Part shown: positions 1 through 7,856 of the stretch, piece by piece
Numbering within the stretch: the stretch's first letter is position 1
Layout of the letters: each line of letters starts with the position of its first letter
Position numbers and translations under genes: made by a program
NCBI GenBank assembly: GCA_023265155.1
Contig: JAHFUL010000003.1
Span: forward strand, 7,915 to 62,807
Reading direction: 5' to 3'
DNA length: 54,893 nt
Origin: Acidobacteriota bacterium
Lineage (GTDB): Bacteria > Acidobacteriota > Vicinamibacteria > Vicinamibacterales > CAVVIG01
The notes under the pieces: generated by a model
What the model saw: the letters and a program-made list of their open reading frames with translations, nothing else
Database searches by the model: none
Told to the model about the DNA's origin: nothing

Positions 1-2
1 TG

Positions 3-779
3 ATCGCCGGGCCGTGCGTGATCGAGAGCGAGCCGCAGGCCGCCGATCTCGCCACACGGTTGACGGATCTCACCAGACGACTGCGCGTGCCCTTCATCTT
101 CAAGGCGTCCTACGACAAGGCGAACCGGACATCGAACCGCTCGTTTCGCGGACCTGGGCTCACGGAGGGCCTGCGTGTCCTCGCCGCGATAAAGTCCCGC
201 CTCCAGGTCCCGATCCTGACCGACATCCATGAGCCGTCCCAGGCCGCCATGGCGGCGGAGGTCGCCGACGTCCTCCAGATCCCCGCCTTTCTCTGTCGGC
301 AGACGGATCTGCTCGTCGCGGCCGCACAAACAGGGCGCGTGGTCAACATCAAGAAGGGACAGTTCCTCGCTCCCGACGATGTCAAGCACGCGGTGGCCAA
401 GGTGAGGGATGCCGGCAATCCGCGCGTGATCGTCACCGAACGCGGCACCAGTTTCGGCTATCACAATCTCGTGGTCGACATGCGCAGCTTTCCGATGATG
501 CGCGAGCAGGGGTTTCCGGTCGTGTTCGATGTGACGCACAGCCTCCAGTTGCCGGGCGGCGGCGACGGCGTCACGACGGGGCTGGCCCGGTACATCGAGC
601 CGTTGGCCTCGGCCGGTGTGGCCGCCGGCGTGGACGGCGTTTTTCTGGAAGTGCACGACGATCCGCCACGCGCGAAGAGCGATGCGCAAAACGCGCTGCG
701 ACTGGATCGACTCGAGCCGCTGCTCCGGCGGCTGATGGCACTCGATGCCATCGCGAAGGGTACGGGGGTTCATGGCTGA
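3..779 (+). CDS. kdsA: 2-dehydro-3-deoxyphosphooctonate (Kdo-8-P) aldolase, 5-prime partial at window edge
   Basis: Frame open from base 3. IAGPCVIES, FKASYDKANRTS and VFDVTHSLQLPGG motifs are typical of KdsA. Stop (777-779) overlaps the kdsD start. Confidence 0.93.
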   Translation: MAGPCVIESEPQAADLATRLTDLTRRLRVPFIFKASYDKANRTSNRSFRGPGLTEGLRVLAAIKSRLQVPILTDIHEPSQAAMAAEVADVLQIPAFLCRQTDLLVAAAQTGRVVNIKKGQFLAPDDVKHAVAKVRDAGNPRVIVTERGTSFGYHNLVVDMRSFPMMREQGFPVVFDVTHSLQLPGGGDGVTTGLARYIEPLASAGVAAGVDGVFLEVHDDPPRAKSDAQNALRLDRLEPLLRRLMALDAIAKGTGVHG

Positions 780-1743
780 TCTCGCGCTCGCGCGAAGGGT
801 CCTCGAGACCGAGGCGGCCGCTATCCAGGCGCTGATACCGCGCCTGAATCACCATTTCGATCAGGCCGTCGATCTGCTCCTCAATTGCCGCGGCCGCGTC
901 ATCGTGACCGGCATGGGCAAGTCGGGCATCATCTGCCGCAAGATTGCCGCGACACTGACCAGCACCGGCACCCCGGCGCTTTTCCTGAGCCCCGCTGAAG
1001 CCGTCCACGGCGATCTCGGCGTCATCCAGGCCGACGATGTGGTGCTCGCGCTGTCGAACAGCGGCGAGACCGAGATTCTTCAACTCCTGGAGACGATCCG
1101 ACGCCTGGGGACCAAACTGATCGCGATTACAGGCGGGGGCAACTCCACGCTTGCTCAGGCCGCGGACGTCGCGCTCGATTGCAGCGTGACCGAAGAAGCC
1201 TGTCCGCTGAATCTGGTTCCCACGGCAAGCACCACCGCGGCGCTCGCCATCGGAGACGCTCTGGCCGTCACCCTTGCGGCAGAAAAGGGTTTCAAGCAGG
1301 AGGACTTCGCCAACCTTCACCCTGGCGGCAAGCTGGGCAAGCGGCTCATGCGGGTGGCGCAGCTGATGCACAGCGGCAAGCAATGCCCCACCGTGCGCGC
1401 CGACACCCGCATGCGCGACGTCATCTACGAGATGTCGAGCAAGGGGCTGGGCATGACCTGCGTCGTGGACGCGGACGGGAAACTGCTCGGGATCATCACC
1501 GACGGAGACCTGCGGCGCCAGATGGAGCGGGTTTCCGACATCCTCGAGCTCAGAGCCGGCGACGCGATGACGCCGGGCCCGGTGTCCATGCCGCCCACGA
1601 CGCTCGCGGTCGAAGCGCTGCACATCATGGAGCAGCGCAAGATCACGTCGATTGTCGTGATCGATCCCGGCACCGATCGGGTCTCCGGAGTGGTCCATCT
1701 CCACGACCTGTGGGACCGAAATGGTCTGATTCCGGAACCTTGA
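772..1743 (+). CDS. kdsD: arabinose-5-phosphate isomerase (SIS domain plus CBS pair)
   Basis: ATG at 772 in an ATGGCTGA overlap with the kdsA stop. SIS motif VTGMGKSG; C-terminal CBS pair; sits between kdsA and kdsC. Confidence 0.9.
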   Translation: MADLALARRVLETEAAAIQALIPRLNHHFDQAVDLLLNCRGRVIVTGMGKSGIICRKIAATLTSTGTPALFLSPAEAVHGDLGVIQADDVVLALSNSGETEILQLLETIRRLGTKLIAITGGGNSTLAQAADVALDCSVTEEACPLNLVPTASTTAALAIGDALAVTLAAEKGFKQEDFANLHPGGKLGKRLMRVAQLMHSGKQCPTVRADTRMRDVIYEMSSKGLGMTCVVDADGKLLGIITDGDLRRQMERVSDILELRAGDAMTPGPVSMPPTTLAVEALHIMEQRKITSIVVIDPGTDRVSGVVHLHDLWDRNGLIPEP

Positions 1744-1768
1744 ACCTTGAACCTGGAACCTGGAACCC
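1734..1768. repeat. 5 x 7-bp tandem repeat (GGAACCT/TGAACCT) spanning the kdsD stop and kdsC start
   Basis: Read directly: ggaacct tgaacct tgaacct ggaacct ggaaccc. Confidence 0.9.
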
Positions 1769-2298
1769 TTGAGGCAAAAGCCGCGCGGATCAAGCTGCTG
1801 CTGTTCGATGTGGACGGCGTGCTCACCGACGGCGCGGTGATCATTCACGGCGACGGGAGCGAGAGCAAGCGCTTCGGCATCCGGGACGGCATCGCCATGG
1901 TGTGGGCGCAGCGATCCGGCCTGAAGGTGGGGCTGCTTTCGGCGCGAACCTCTGCCACGACGCCGCTACGCGCCGCGCAGCTGGGCATCACGCTCGTCCA
2001 TCAGGGTGTGATGAGCAAGGCTGCCGCGTACGAGCAGATCCTCGTGGACGAGCGTCTGAGCGGCGACGAGGTCGCCTTCATGGGTGACGACATCGTCGAT
2101 CTCGCAGTCCTCGAGCGGGTGGGCCTGTCGGCCGCGCCGGCGGACGCCGTCGCTGAAGTCCGGTCGCGCGTGGATTGGGTGAGCAGCGCTCCGGGCGGCA
2201 ACGGCGCCGCGCGAGAGCTCGTCGAAACGATTCTGCGCGCGCAGAACCTCTGGGAGGCGGTCATGACGCGCTACCTCCGTGAAGGAGCCCTCTCATGA
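1747..2298 (+). CDS. kdsC: Kdo-8-phosphate phosphatase (HAD superfamily)
   Basis: IKLLLFDVDGVLTDG HAD motif I and a later GDD motif. TTG start at 1747 is the only in-frame start candidate. Confidence 0.87.
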   Translation: MNLEPGTLEAKAARIKLLLFDVDGVLTDGAVIIHGDGSESKRFGIRDGIAMVWAQRSGLKVGLLSARTSATTPLRAAQLGITLVHQGVMSKAAAYEQILVDERLSGDEVAFMGDDIVDLAVLERVGLSAAPADAVAEVRSRVDWVSSAPGGNGAARELVETILRAQNLWEAVMTRYLREGALS

Positions 2299-3503
2299 AT
2301 TTCCTGATGGCCTTGATTGCCCTTCTGGCGGGGCTGGCGATCGGGAAAGCGTGGGAGCGCTACAAGCTGCGCGGAGGCAAATGGATCGACCGCCGGCGGG
2401 CGCGGGAATCACCTCACTACATCCTCGGCCTGAACTTCCTCGTCGCCAATCAGATTGATCTGGCGATCGAAGAATTGAGCCGGGCCGCCAGCCTCGACTC
2501 GGACGCGCTCGAAGTGCACATGATCCTGGGGAACCTGTACCGGGAAAAAGGGCAGGTCGGCAAGGCGATCACCGTGCATCAGTCGCTGTTGCAACGGTCG
2601 AGCCTGAGCCGGCTGGAGCACGCCTACGTCCTGCTGTGCCTCGGACTGGACTACAAGCGCGGCGGGTTCGTGGATCGCGCGCTCGAAGCGTTCAATGAGG
2701 TGCTGCGGCTCGATCCCAAGAACGAGTACGCGCTCATCAACCTGCAGAAGCTGCATGAAGAACAGCACGCGTGGACCGATGCGTACGACACGCGGCAGCG
2801 GCTCACAAAGCTGGCCGCCACCGACTCGCAGCCGCAGAGCCAGGCCATTCTGGCGTTCCTTGAAAACGAGATTGGCCTCGAGGCCGTGCGGCGGAAGGAC
2901 TACCACGAGGCTACACGCCGGTTTCAGGCCGCCATCGACCTGGATCCGCGTGCGGTGCCGGCCTATCTCAATCTCGGCGACGTGCGCATGGCCCAGGAAA
3001 ACGAAAAGGGAGCGGCGGCGATCTGGGACACGCTGGTGCAGGTCGCTCCCGATCGCGCCTATCTCGCATTCGACCGGATCGAAAAGCTCGCCGTGCTGAG
3101 CGGCAATCCGGAACGCTTCACACGGCTCTGCCAGCGGCTCATCGGAGACAATCCGCAGGACTGGCGCGCACGACTCGCGTTGTCACGCCACCTCGCCGCG
3201 AGCGGCCGGCCGCAGGAAGCCTTGGATTTGCTCTTCGCCGCCCTCGTCCAGAACCCGCACGCACTCGGTATTCACCAGGCCATCTGGCGCGCGCTGGGGC
3301 AGCTGCGTCATCCGGCGTCTCTCGTGGATCGATACGGAGAGCTGACCGAGCACGCCGTCTTCTACCTGGACCCGCACGTCTGCATGCGCTGCCGCTACCG
3401 CAGCACCGAGCTGCTGTGGCAGTGCCCGCATTGTCACGACTGGAACACGTTCGTGGAAGAACGCATCGCGCCCGCCCAGGACGCAACAGAGGTGGAGGTC
3501 TAG
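2295..3503 (+). CDS. lapB: lipopolysaccharide assembly protein B (TPR protein with C-terminal rubredoxin-like zinc finger)
   Basis: N-terminal TM helix, TPR repeats, C-terminal CMRCRYRS...CPHCHDWNTF metal-binding motif. ATGA overlap with the kdsC stop. Confidence 0.85.
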   Translation: MNFLMALIALLAGLAIGKAWERYKLRGGKWIDRRRARESPHYILGLNFLVANQIDLAIEELSRAASLDSDALEVHMILGNLYREKGQVGKAITVHQSLLQRSSLSRLEHAYVLLCLGLDYKRGGFVDRALEAFNEVLRLDPKNEYALINLQKLHEEQHAWTDAYDTRQRLTKLAATDSQPQSQAILAFLENEIGLEAVRRKDYHEATRRFQAAIDLDPRAVPAYLNLGDVRMAQENEKGAAAIWDTLVQVAPDRAYLAFDRIEKLAVLSGNPERFTRLCQRLIGDNPQDWRARLALSRHLAASGRPQEALDLLFAALVQNPHALGIHQAIWRALGQLRHPASLVDRYGELTEHAVFYLDPHVCMRCRYRSTELLWQCPHCHDWNTFVEERIAPAQDATEVEV

Positions 3504-3710
3504 GGAACAGCGTGTGATGACCGGTGCCGACGGCGTTGCGACAGCAAGTCGATCGATGGGCTGAGACGTGGCTCACGGCGAAGTTCTCACCTGGCTGGCG
3601 CGCTGGCGCCCGGAGCGCACCGTTCGAGGCGGGCGAGCAGAAACAGGTGGCCGTGAAGGTCATCGACGACCGTGGCAACGAGCTGGTGGTCGTAAGGGCG
3701 CTTCAGTCAA

Positions 3711-4181
3711 ATGGATTTCGATGTTCTGAAACGGGTGCTCGCCGCTCTCGAATCCAGGGGCGTGAAGTACGCGATCTTCGGCGCCGTCGCGTTGAACCTC
3801 CACGGTCTTGCGCGGTTTACGGAAGACCTCGACATCTTTATCGCACCCGAGGAAGCCAACATCGATCGGCTGAAACTGGCGCTGCGGGATGTCCATGACG
3901 ATCCGGAGATCGAGCACATCACGGCAGGGGATCTGCTCGGCGAGTACCCGGCAGTCCAATACAATCCGCCCGGCGGCTCGTTTCATCTGGACATACTCAC
4001 GCGACTGGGCGAGGCGTTTGCTTTTGCTGACCTCGAGACCGAGCGGGTGCCCTGTCAGGATCTCACCGTGACGGTCGTCACACCACGTATGCTCTACAAG
4101 ATGAAGAAGGACACGATCCGGTTACAAGATCGGGCCGACGCGGAACTCCTTCGCCGCCGTTTTGACCTGGAGAAGGACTGA
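3711..4181 (+). CDS. nucleotidyltransferase-fold protein (AbiEii/DUF6036-like), function unknown
   Basis: FGAVALNLHGLARFTEDLDIF matches the G-x-A...hG..R.T.D.D nucleotidyltransferase signature. Lower GC3 than neighbours. Confidence 0.6.
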   Translation: MDFDVLKRVLAALESRGVKYAIFGAVALNLHGLARFTEDLDIFIAPEEANIDRLKLALRDVHDDPEIEHITAGDLLGEYPAVQYNPPGGSFHLDILTRLGEAFAFADLETERVPCQDLTVTVVTPRMLYKMKKDTIRLQDRADAELLRRRFDLEKD

Positions 4182-4423
4182 TGCCCGTACGCAAATTTCG
4201 TTCGGTCGAAGAAATGAACCAGCCGACCTGGCGCCGGCCCGGCGATCCAGAGCTCTACCGGGCAATCGCGAGCGTTTGGGAGTTCGGCCGGCGCACGAAC
4301 CCACGGCGATTTCCGCCAGGTGTTCACAAGTACCGCTCGATTGAAGAGATGAGCCGCGCACGGGACCAGTGGGAGGCCGAACACGTCGCGGCGCTTCAGC
4401 GGCAACGACACGGCGACGCATGA
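4181..4423 (+). CDS. small conserved-looking partner protein (80 aa) with an internal duplication
   Basis: ATG overlaps the upstream stop (TGATG at 4179-4183). Repeated motif VRKFRSVEEM..W and VHKYRSIEEM..W. Coding-like codon usage. Confidence 0.5.
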   Translation: MPVRKFRSVEEMNQPTWRRPGDPELYRAIASVWEFGRRTNPRRFPPGVHKYRSIEEMSRARDQWEAEHVAALQRQRHGDA

Positions 4424-4540
4424 GCGACTTCGAAGTCCCCGAAGCGATCATCTGCTCGCCGTGCGGGGAGCCTGCGCATCAGCCCAGGGTCCGATGCCAA
4501 CGGCGCCGTCTTTTCCGTATTCTCGGGTCCTGAAGCACCA

Positions 4541-4619
4541 GATCCTCACCTTACTTGGATCCTCAAATCCTTAGATCCTCAAATCCTTAGACCCTGACAT
4601 CCTCAGATCGCTAAATTCC
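4541..4619. repeat. about 5 x 16-bp tandem repeat (GATCCTCAAATCCTTA), overlapping the last codons of coaE
   Basis: Read directly. Two perfect units at 4558-4573 and 4574-4589 with degenerate flanking units. Confidence 0.9.
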
Positions 4620-5196
4620 CGAGAATCTCCTCCACTCCGGCGTCTGTCTGGGCAAACGTCCCATCGGTGCGGATCACGAAGTCGGCGCGCGCGGCTTTTT
4701 CGTCCGCCGGCATCTGAGCGGCAAGCCGCTGGTCGGCCTCCAGTTCGGTCATTCCTCGCTTCAGGAGTCGGGCGAGCTGCATCGGCCGAGGACACACGGT
4801 CGCGATGACGCGATCGAAGTCCGCATGCCGGCCCGTTTCATACAGCAGCGGAATGTCGACGATGGCGAGCGGAGAGCCGCCGACGAGCTCGAACCCCCGC
4901 AACCCCGCGGTGATCGCGCGATAGACGGCCGGATGCACAATCGCTTCGAGGTCGCGCCTGGCGGCCGCGTCGGCGAAGACTATGGTCGCCAGCTTGCGCC
5001 GATCGACCGATCCATCGGTATCGAGGATTCCGGGACCGAACCGCTCGACAATCGCGCGCGTCCCCTCCGTGCCCGCCTCGGTGACGCCGCGGGCTAGTTC
5101 ATCCGCATCGAGACAGGGCACGCCAAGGCGCCTGAATCGTTCGAGGACATAGCTCTTCCCCGTCGCGATGCCTCCGGTCAGAGCGACTCGCTTCAT
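4603..5196 (-). CDS. coaE: dephospho-CoA kinase
   Basis: MKRVALTGGIATGKS P-loop at the N-terminus; length and overall pattern typical of CoaE. Confidence 0.9.
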   Translation of the reverse strand: MKRVALTGGIATGKSYVLERFRRLGVPCLDADELARGVTEAGTEGTRAIVERFGPGILDTDGSVDRRKLATIVFADAAARRDLEAIVHPAVYRAITAGLRGFELVGGSPLAIVDIPLLYETGRHADFDRVIATVCPRPMQLARLLKRGMTELEADQRLAAQMPADEKAARADFVIRTDGTFAQTDAGVEEILGNLAI

Positions 5197-5250
5197 ATAA
5201 CTGGGGCTGGTTGGGCCGGTCGGCCTGGTAAGGCTGGTGGGACGGTCGGT

Positions 5251-5405
5251 TACTCGTAGTGCAGGACTTTTAGTCCTGCTTGAAGCAGACCTAAAGGTCC
5301 GCGCTACGAGTACCGCTTGCTTATCGTTCGTCGTACTCGTAGTGCAGGACTTTTAGTCCTGCTTGAACGGCAGACCTAAAGGTCCGCGCTACGAGTACCG
5401 CTTGC
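5251..5405. repeat. two tandem copies of a ~70-bp compound REP-like palindrome (family A)
   Basis: Copies at 5251-5320 and 5334-5405. Outer 9-bp stem TACTCGTAG/CTACGAGTA encloses hairpins GCAGGAC-TTTTA-GTCCTGC and GCAGACC-TAAA-GGTCCGC. Confidence 0.9.
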
Positions 5406-5467
5406 CCTACCTGGCCCACCTAGCCCCACCTGCCCCACCTGCCCTACCTGCCCTACCTGCCCCTATT
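5404..5467. repeat. about 7 x 9-bp tandem repeat (GCCCTACCT/GCCCCACCT); G-run rich on the minus strand
   Basis: Read directly. Overlaps the folD stop and its last four codons. Confidence 0.9.
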
Positions 5468-6391
5468 CTCCAGTCGCAGTTCAGCCGCGCGCAGTGTGTT
5501 CTTCAACAACATAACGACGGTGAGCGGGCCAACTCCGCCGGGAACCGGCGTCAGCGCTCCCGCCACGTCGACGACCTCGGGGTGCACGTCGCCCACCACC
5601 AGCGACCCGCGGCGGTTGAACGTCTCGCGTCGCACGGAGCCCGCGATGTACAACCGCTCCACGGTCGCCCGATCGGTCACGTGGGTCGTCCCGACATCGA
5701 TGACAGTCGCGCCGGGCTTGACGAAATCGGCGGTGACAAATCCCGGACGCCCGATAGCCGACACCAGGATGTCCGCCTGTCTCGCCACGACGGCGAGATC
5801 AGTCGTTCGCGAATGGCAGATCGTGACCGTCGCATTCCGATGCAGCAGCAGCAGCGCCATCGGCTTGCCGACGATGTCGCTCCGTCCGATGACCACGGCA
5901 CGCTGACTGGCGATGCCGATGCCCGATCGCTCCAGCAGCTCGATGACCCCGGACGGTGTGCCTGCAGCGATCGTGGGCCGGTTCTGCACCAGCCGCCCGA
6001 CGCTCGTCGGGTGGAACCCGTCGACGTCCTTCTCCGCGGCGATCGCGTCGAACACCCGGCGCTCGGCATCGGGACCCATGGCATCGGGCAGGGGCGATTG
6101 CACGAGAATGCCATCGTGCGCGTCGCTTCGATTGAGCCGGTCCACGACGCTCACGAGCTCGGCGAGCGACGCCGAGGCCGGCAGACGCTCCAGATCGGCG
6201 CGCAGTCCATTCTCGCCTGCAGATTTCAGTTTGAGCCGGACGTAGATCGCCGACGCCGGATCGTCGCCGACGAGGACGATGCCAAGCCCCGGTGGCCGTC
6301 CGGCGCGCGCGGTGAACGCGTCGATGGCGGGCCGCACCTCCGCCCGAATCTGGTCAGCGATGGCCTGGCCATTGAGTAGACGCGCGGCCAT
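5453..6391 (-). CDS. folD: bifunctional methylenetetrahydrofolate dehydrogenase/cyclohydrolase
   Basis: MAARLLNGQAIA..., DGILVQSPLP, VVIGRSDIVGKP, PVPGGVGPLTV are classic FolD motifs. Confidence 0.94.
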   Translation of the reverse strand: MAARLLNGQAIADQIRAEVRPAIDAFTARAGRPPGLGIVLVGDDPASAIYVRLKLKSAGENGLRADLERLPASASLAELVSVVDRLNRSDAHDGILVQSPLPDAMGPDAERRVFDAIAAEKDVDGFHPTSVGRLVQNRPTIAAGTPSGVIELLERSGIGIASQRAVVIGRSDIVGKPMALLLLHRNATVTICHSRTTDLAVVARQADILVSAIGRPGFVTADFVKPGATVIDVGTTHVTDRATVERLYIAGSVRRETFNRRGSLVVGDVHPEVVDVAGALTPVPGGVGPLTVVMLLKNTLRAAELRLENRGR

Positions 6392-6558
6392 CAGAACGCC
6401 GGCTCCATATCGATCCTCTGCGACGCCATTCTAGTTCGATCTGGCAGCCTCATCGGCACCACGCGCGCTGTTGGCGGGGATCCAGCCACGTTGACTTTTC
6501 GCGCGACATGCCGGATTCTGCATGCGCGGCGCAGTCAGTGATAGTCTCGGGGCTGAAC

Positions 6559-6609
6559 GGGGGTCTGACCCCTTTCTTTGCGCGAGTAGAAAAGGGGTCT
6601 GACCCCCTT
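6559..6609. repeat. two copies of the near-palindrome GGGGTCTGACCCC (REP-like, family D)
   Basis: Copies at 6559-6574 and 6591-6609 in the folD/ABC-transporter divergent intergenic region. Confidence 0.8.
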
Positions 6610-6689
6610 GTCGGGCCAGTACGCGGAGGACATTGATGGCTAGCGGTGCGCATTCCGGACGATATCTACAGACCCGGTGGACATCCCAG

Positions 6690-7850
6690 ATGCGGCGGAT
6701 GGGTCCCTTCGTCGCAGGCGTGGTGATGCTCTCGCTGGCTGGCGCATGCGAGCGCCGGCAAGGCGCAGCAGCCGACAGCGGCGGGGAGATCGTCGTCGGG
6801 ATGTACGGATCGCTGACCGGTGACGGCGCCTCCTTCGGTCAGTCGTCGAAAGAAGGCACCGAGCTTGGCGTCGAGGAAATCAACACTGCGGGGGGACTCC
6901 TCGGCGGGCGCAAGTTCAGGCTGCTCATCGAAGACGACCAGAGCAAGCCCGAAGAAGCCTCGAACGCCGTCACGAAGCTCATTTCGCAGGACAAGGTCGT
7001 GGCGGTGCTGGGCGAGGTCGCCAGTCGCCGCTCGCTGGCCGCGGCGCCCATCGCCCAGAAGTTCCAGATCCCCATGATTACGCCCTCGTCCACCAACGAG
7101 CGCGTCACCGAGGTGGGCGATTACATCTTCCGGGTCTGCTTCATCGATCCGTTCCAGGGTGAAGTTCTGGCCAAATTCGCCTTCAACGATCTCAAAGCGA
7201 AGAAGGTCGCCATCCTCAAGGATATTCAGCAGGATTACTCGGTCGGTCTCACCGACTCGATCGCGAGCCACTTCAAGGCGCTCGGCGGCGAGGTGCTCGA
7301 TCCGGTCAGCTACACATCGGGCGACTCCGACTTCAAGGCGATCCTGACCCAGGTCCGCAGCCAGAAACCTGCGGCCGTTTTCGTCACCGGCTACTATCCG
7401 GAGGCGGCGATCATCACGCGTCAGGCGCGGGAGCTCGGCATGACCATGCCGATTCTCGGCGGCGACGGCTGGGTGGGAGACGCGCTCAAGAACGGCCGCG
7501 AGGCGCTCAACAACACCTATATCTCGAATCACTATTCGGCCGACAACCCCGACCCGCTCGTGCAGACGTTCGTGAAGTCGTACCGCGCAAGATACAACCG
7601 CGAGCCGGACGCGATCGCCGCGCTGGCCTACGATGCAGTGAAGGTGCTCGCCGACTCCATGACGCGGGCCGGATCGACCGAGGGCCCCAAAGTGCGCAAC
7701 GCGCTGGCGTCGGCCGACCTCCCGGGCGTCACCGGCCGGCTGAAGATGAACGAGAAGCGCAACGTTGACAAGCCGGCGGTGATTCAACAGGTCACGTTCG
7801 TCAACGGCGAGGTGAAGTTCGTCTACAAGGCCACGATCAATCCGGGCTAG
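6690..7850 (+). CDS. ABC transporter substrate-binding lipoprotein, branched-chain amino acid (LivK/LivJ-like) family
   Basis: MRRMGPFVAGVVMLSLAGAC lipobox at ATG 6690. Periplasmic binding protein type I pattern. Followed by livHMGF. Confidence 0.85.
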   Translation: MRRMGPFVAGVVMLSLAGACERRQGAAADSGGEIVVGMYGSLTGDGASFGQSSKEGTELGVEEINTAGGLLGGRKFRLLIEDDQSKPEEASNAVTKLISQDKVVAVLGEVASRRSLAAAPIAQKFQIPMITPSSTNERVTEVGDYIFRVCFIDPFQGEVLAKFAFNDLKAKKVAILKDIQQDYSVGLTDSIASHFKALGGEVLDPVSYTSGDSDFKAILTQVRSQKPAAVFVTGYYPEAAIITRQARELGMTMPILGGDGWVGDALKNGREALNNTYISNHYSADNPDPLVQTFVKSYRARYNREPDAIAALAYDAVKVLADSMTRAGSTEGPKVRNALASADLPGVTGRLKMNEKRNVDKPAVIQQVTFVNGEVKFVYKATINPG

Positions 7851-7856
7851 TCGATC

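Noticed and set aside
571-1848. Long antisense or out-of-frame ORFs throughout. Examples: 571-1848(-), 5363-6379(+), 6666-7787(-), 14296-15756(+), 25419-26825(-), 26754-28013(+), 28110-29747(-), 33169-34347(-), 37379-38590(-), 44235-45188(+).
   Set aside because: They overlap recognisable genes on the other strand or frame, and translate to Arg/Pro/Gly/His-rich low-complexity sequence. This is the expected stop-codon-poor shadow ORF pattern of a GC-rich genome.
6559-6574. GGGGTCTGAC as a Tn3-family terminal inverted repeat.
   Set aside because: Only the first 10 nt match. The two copies are direct rather than inverted and 32 bp apart, and there is no transposase or resolvase.
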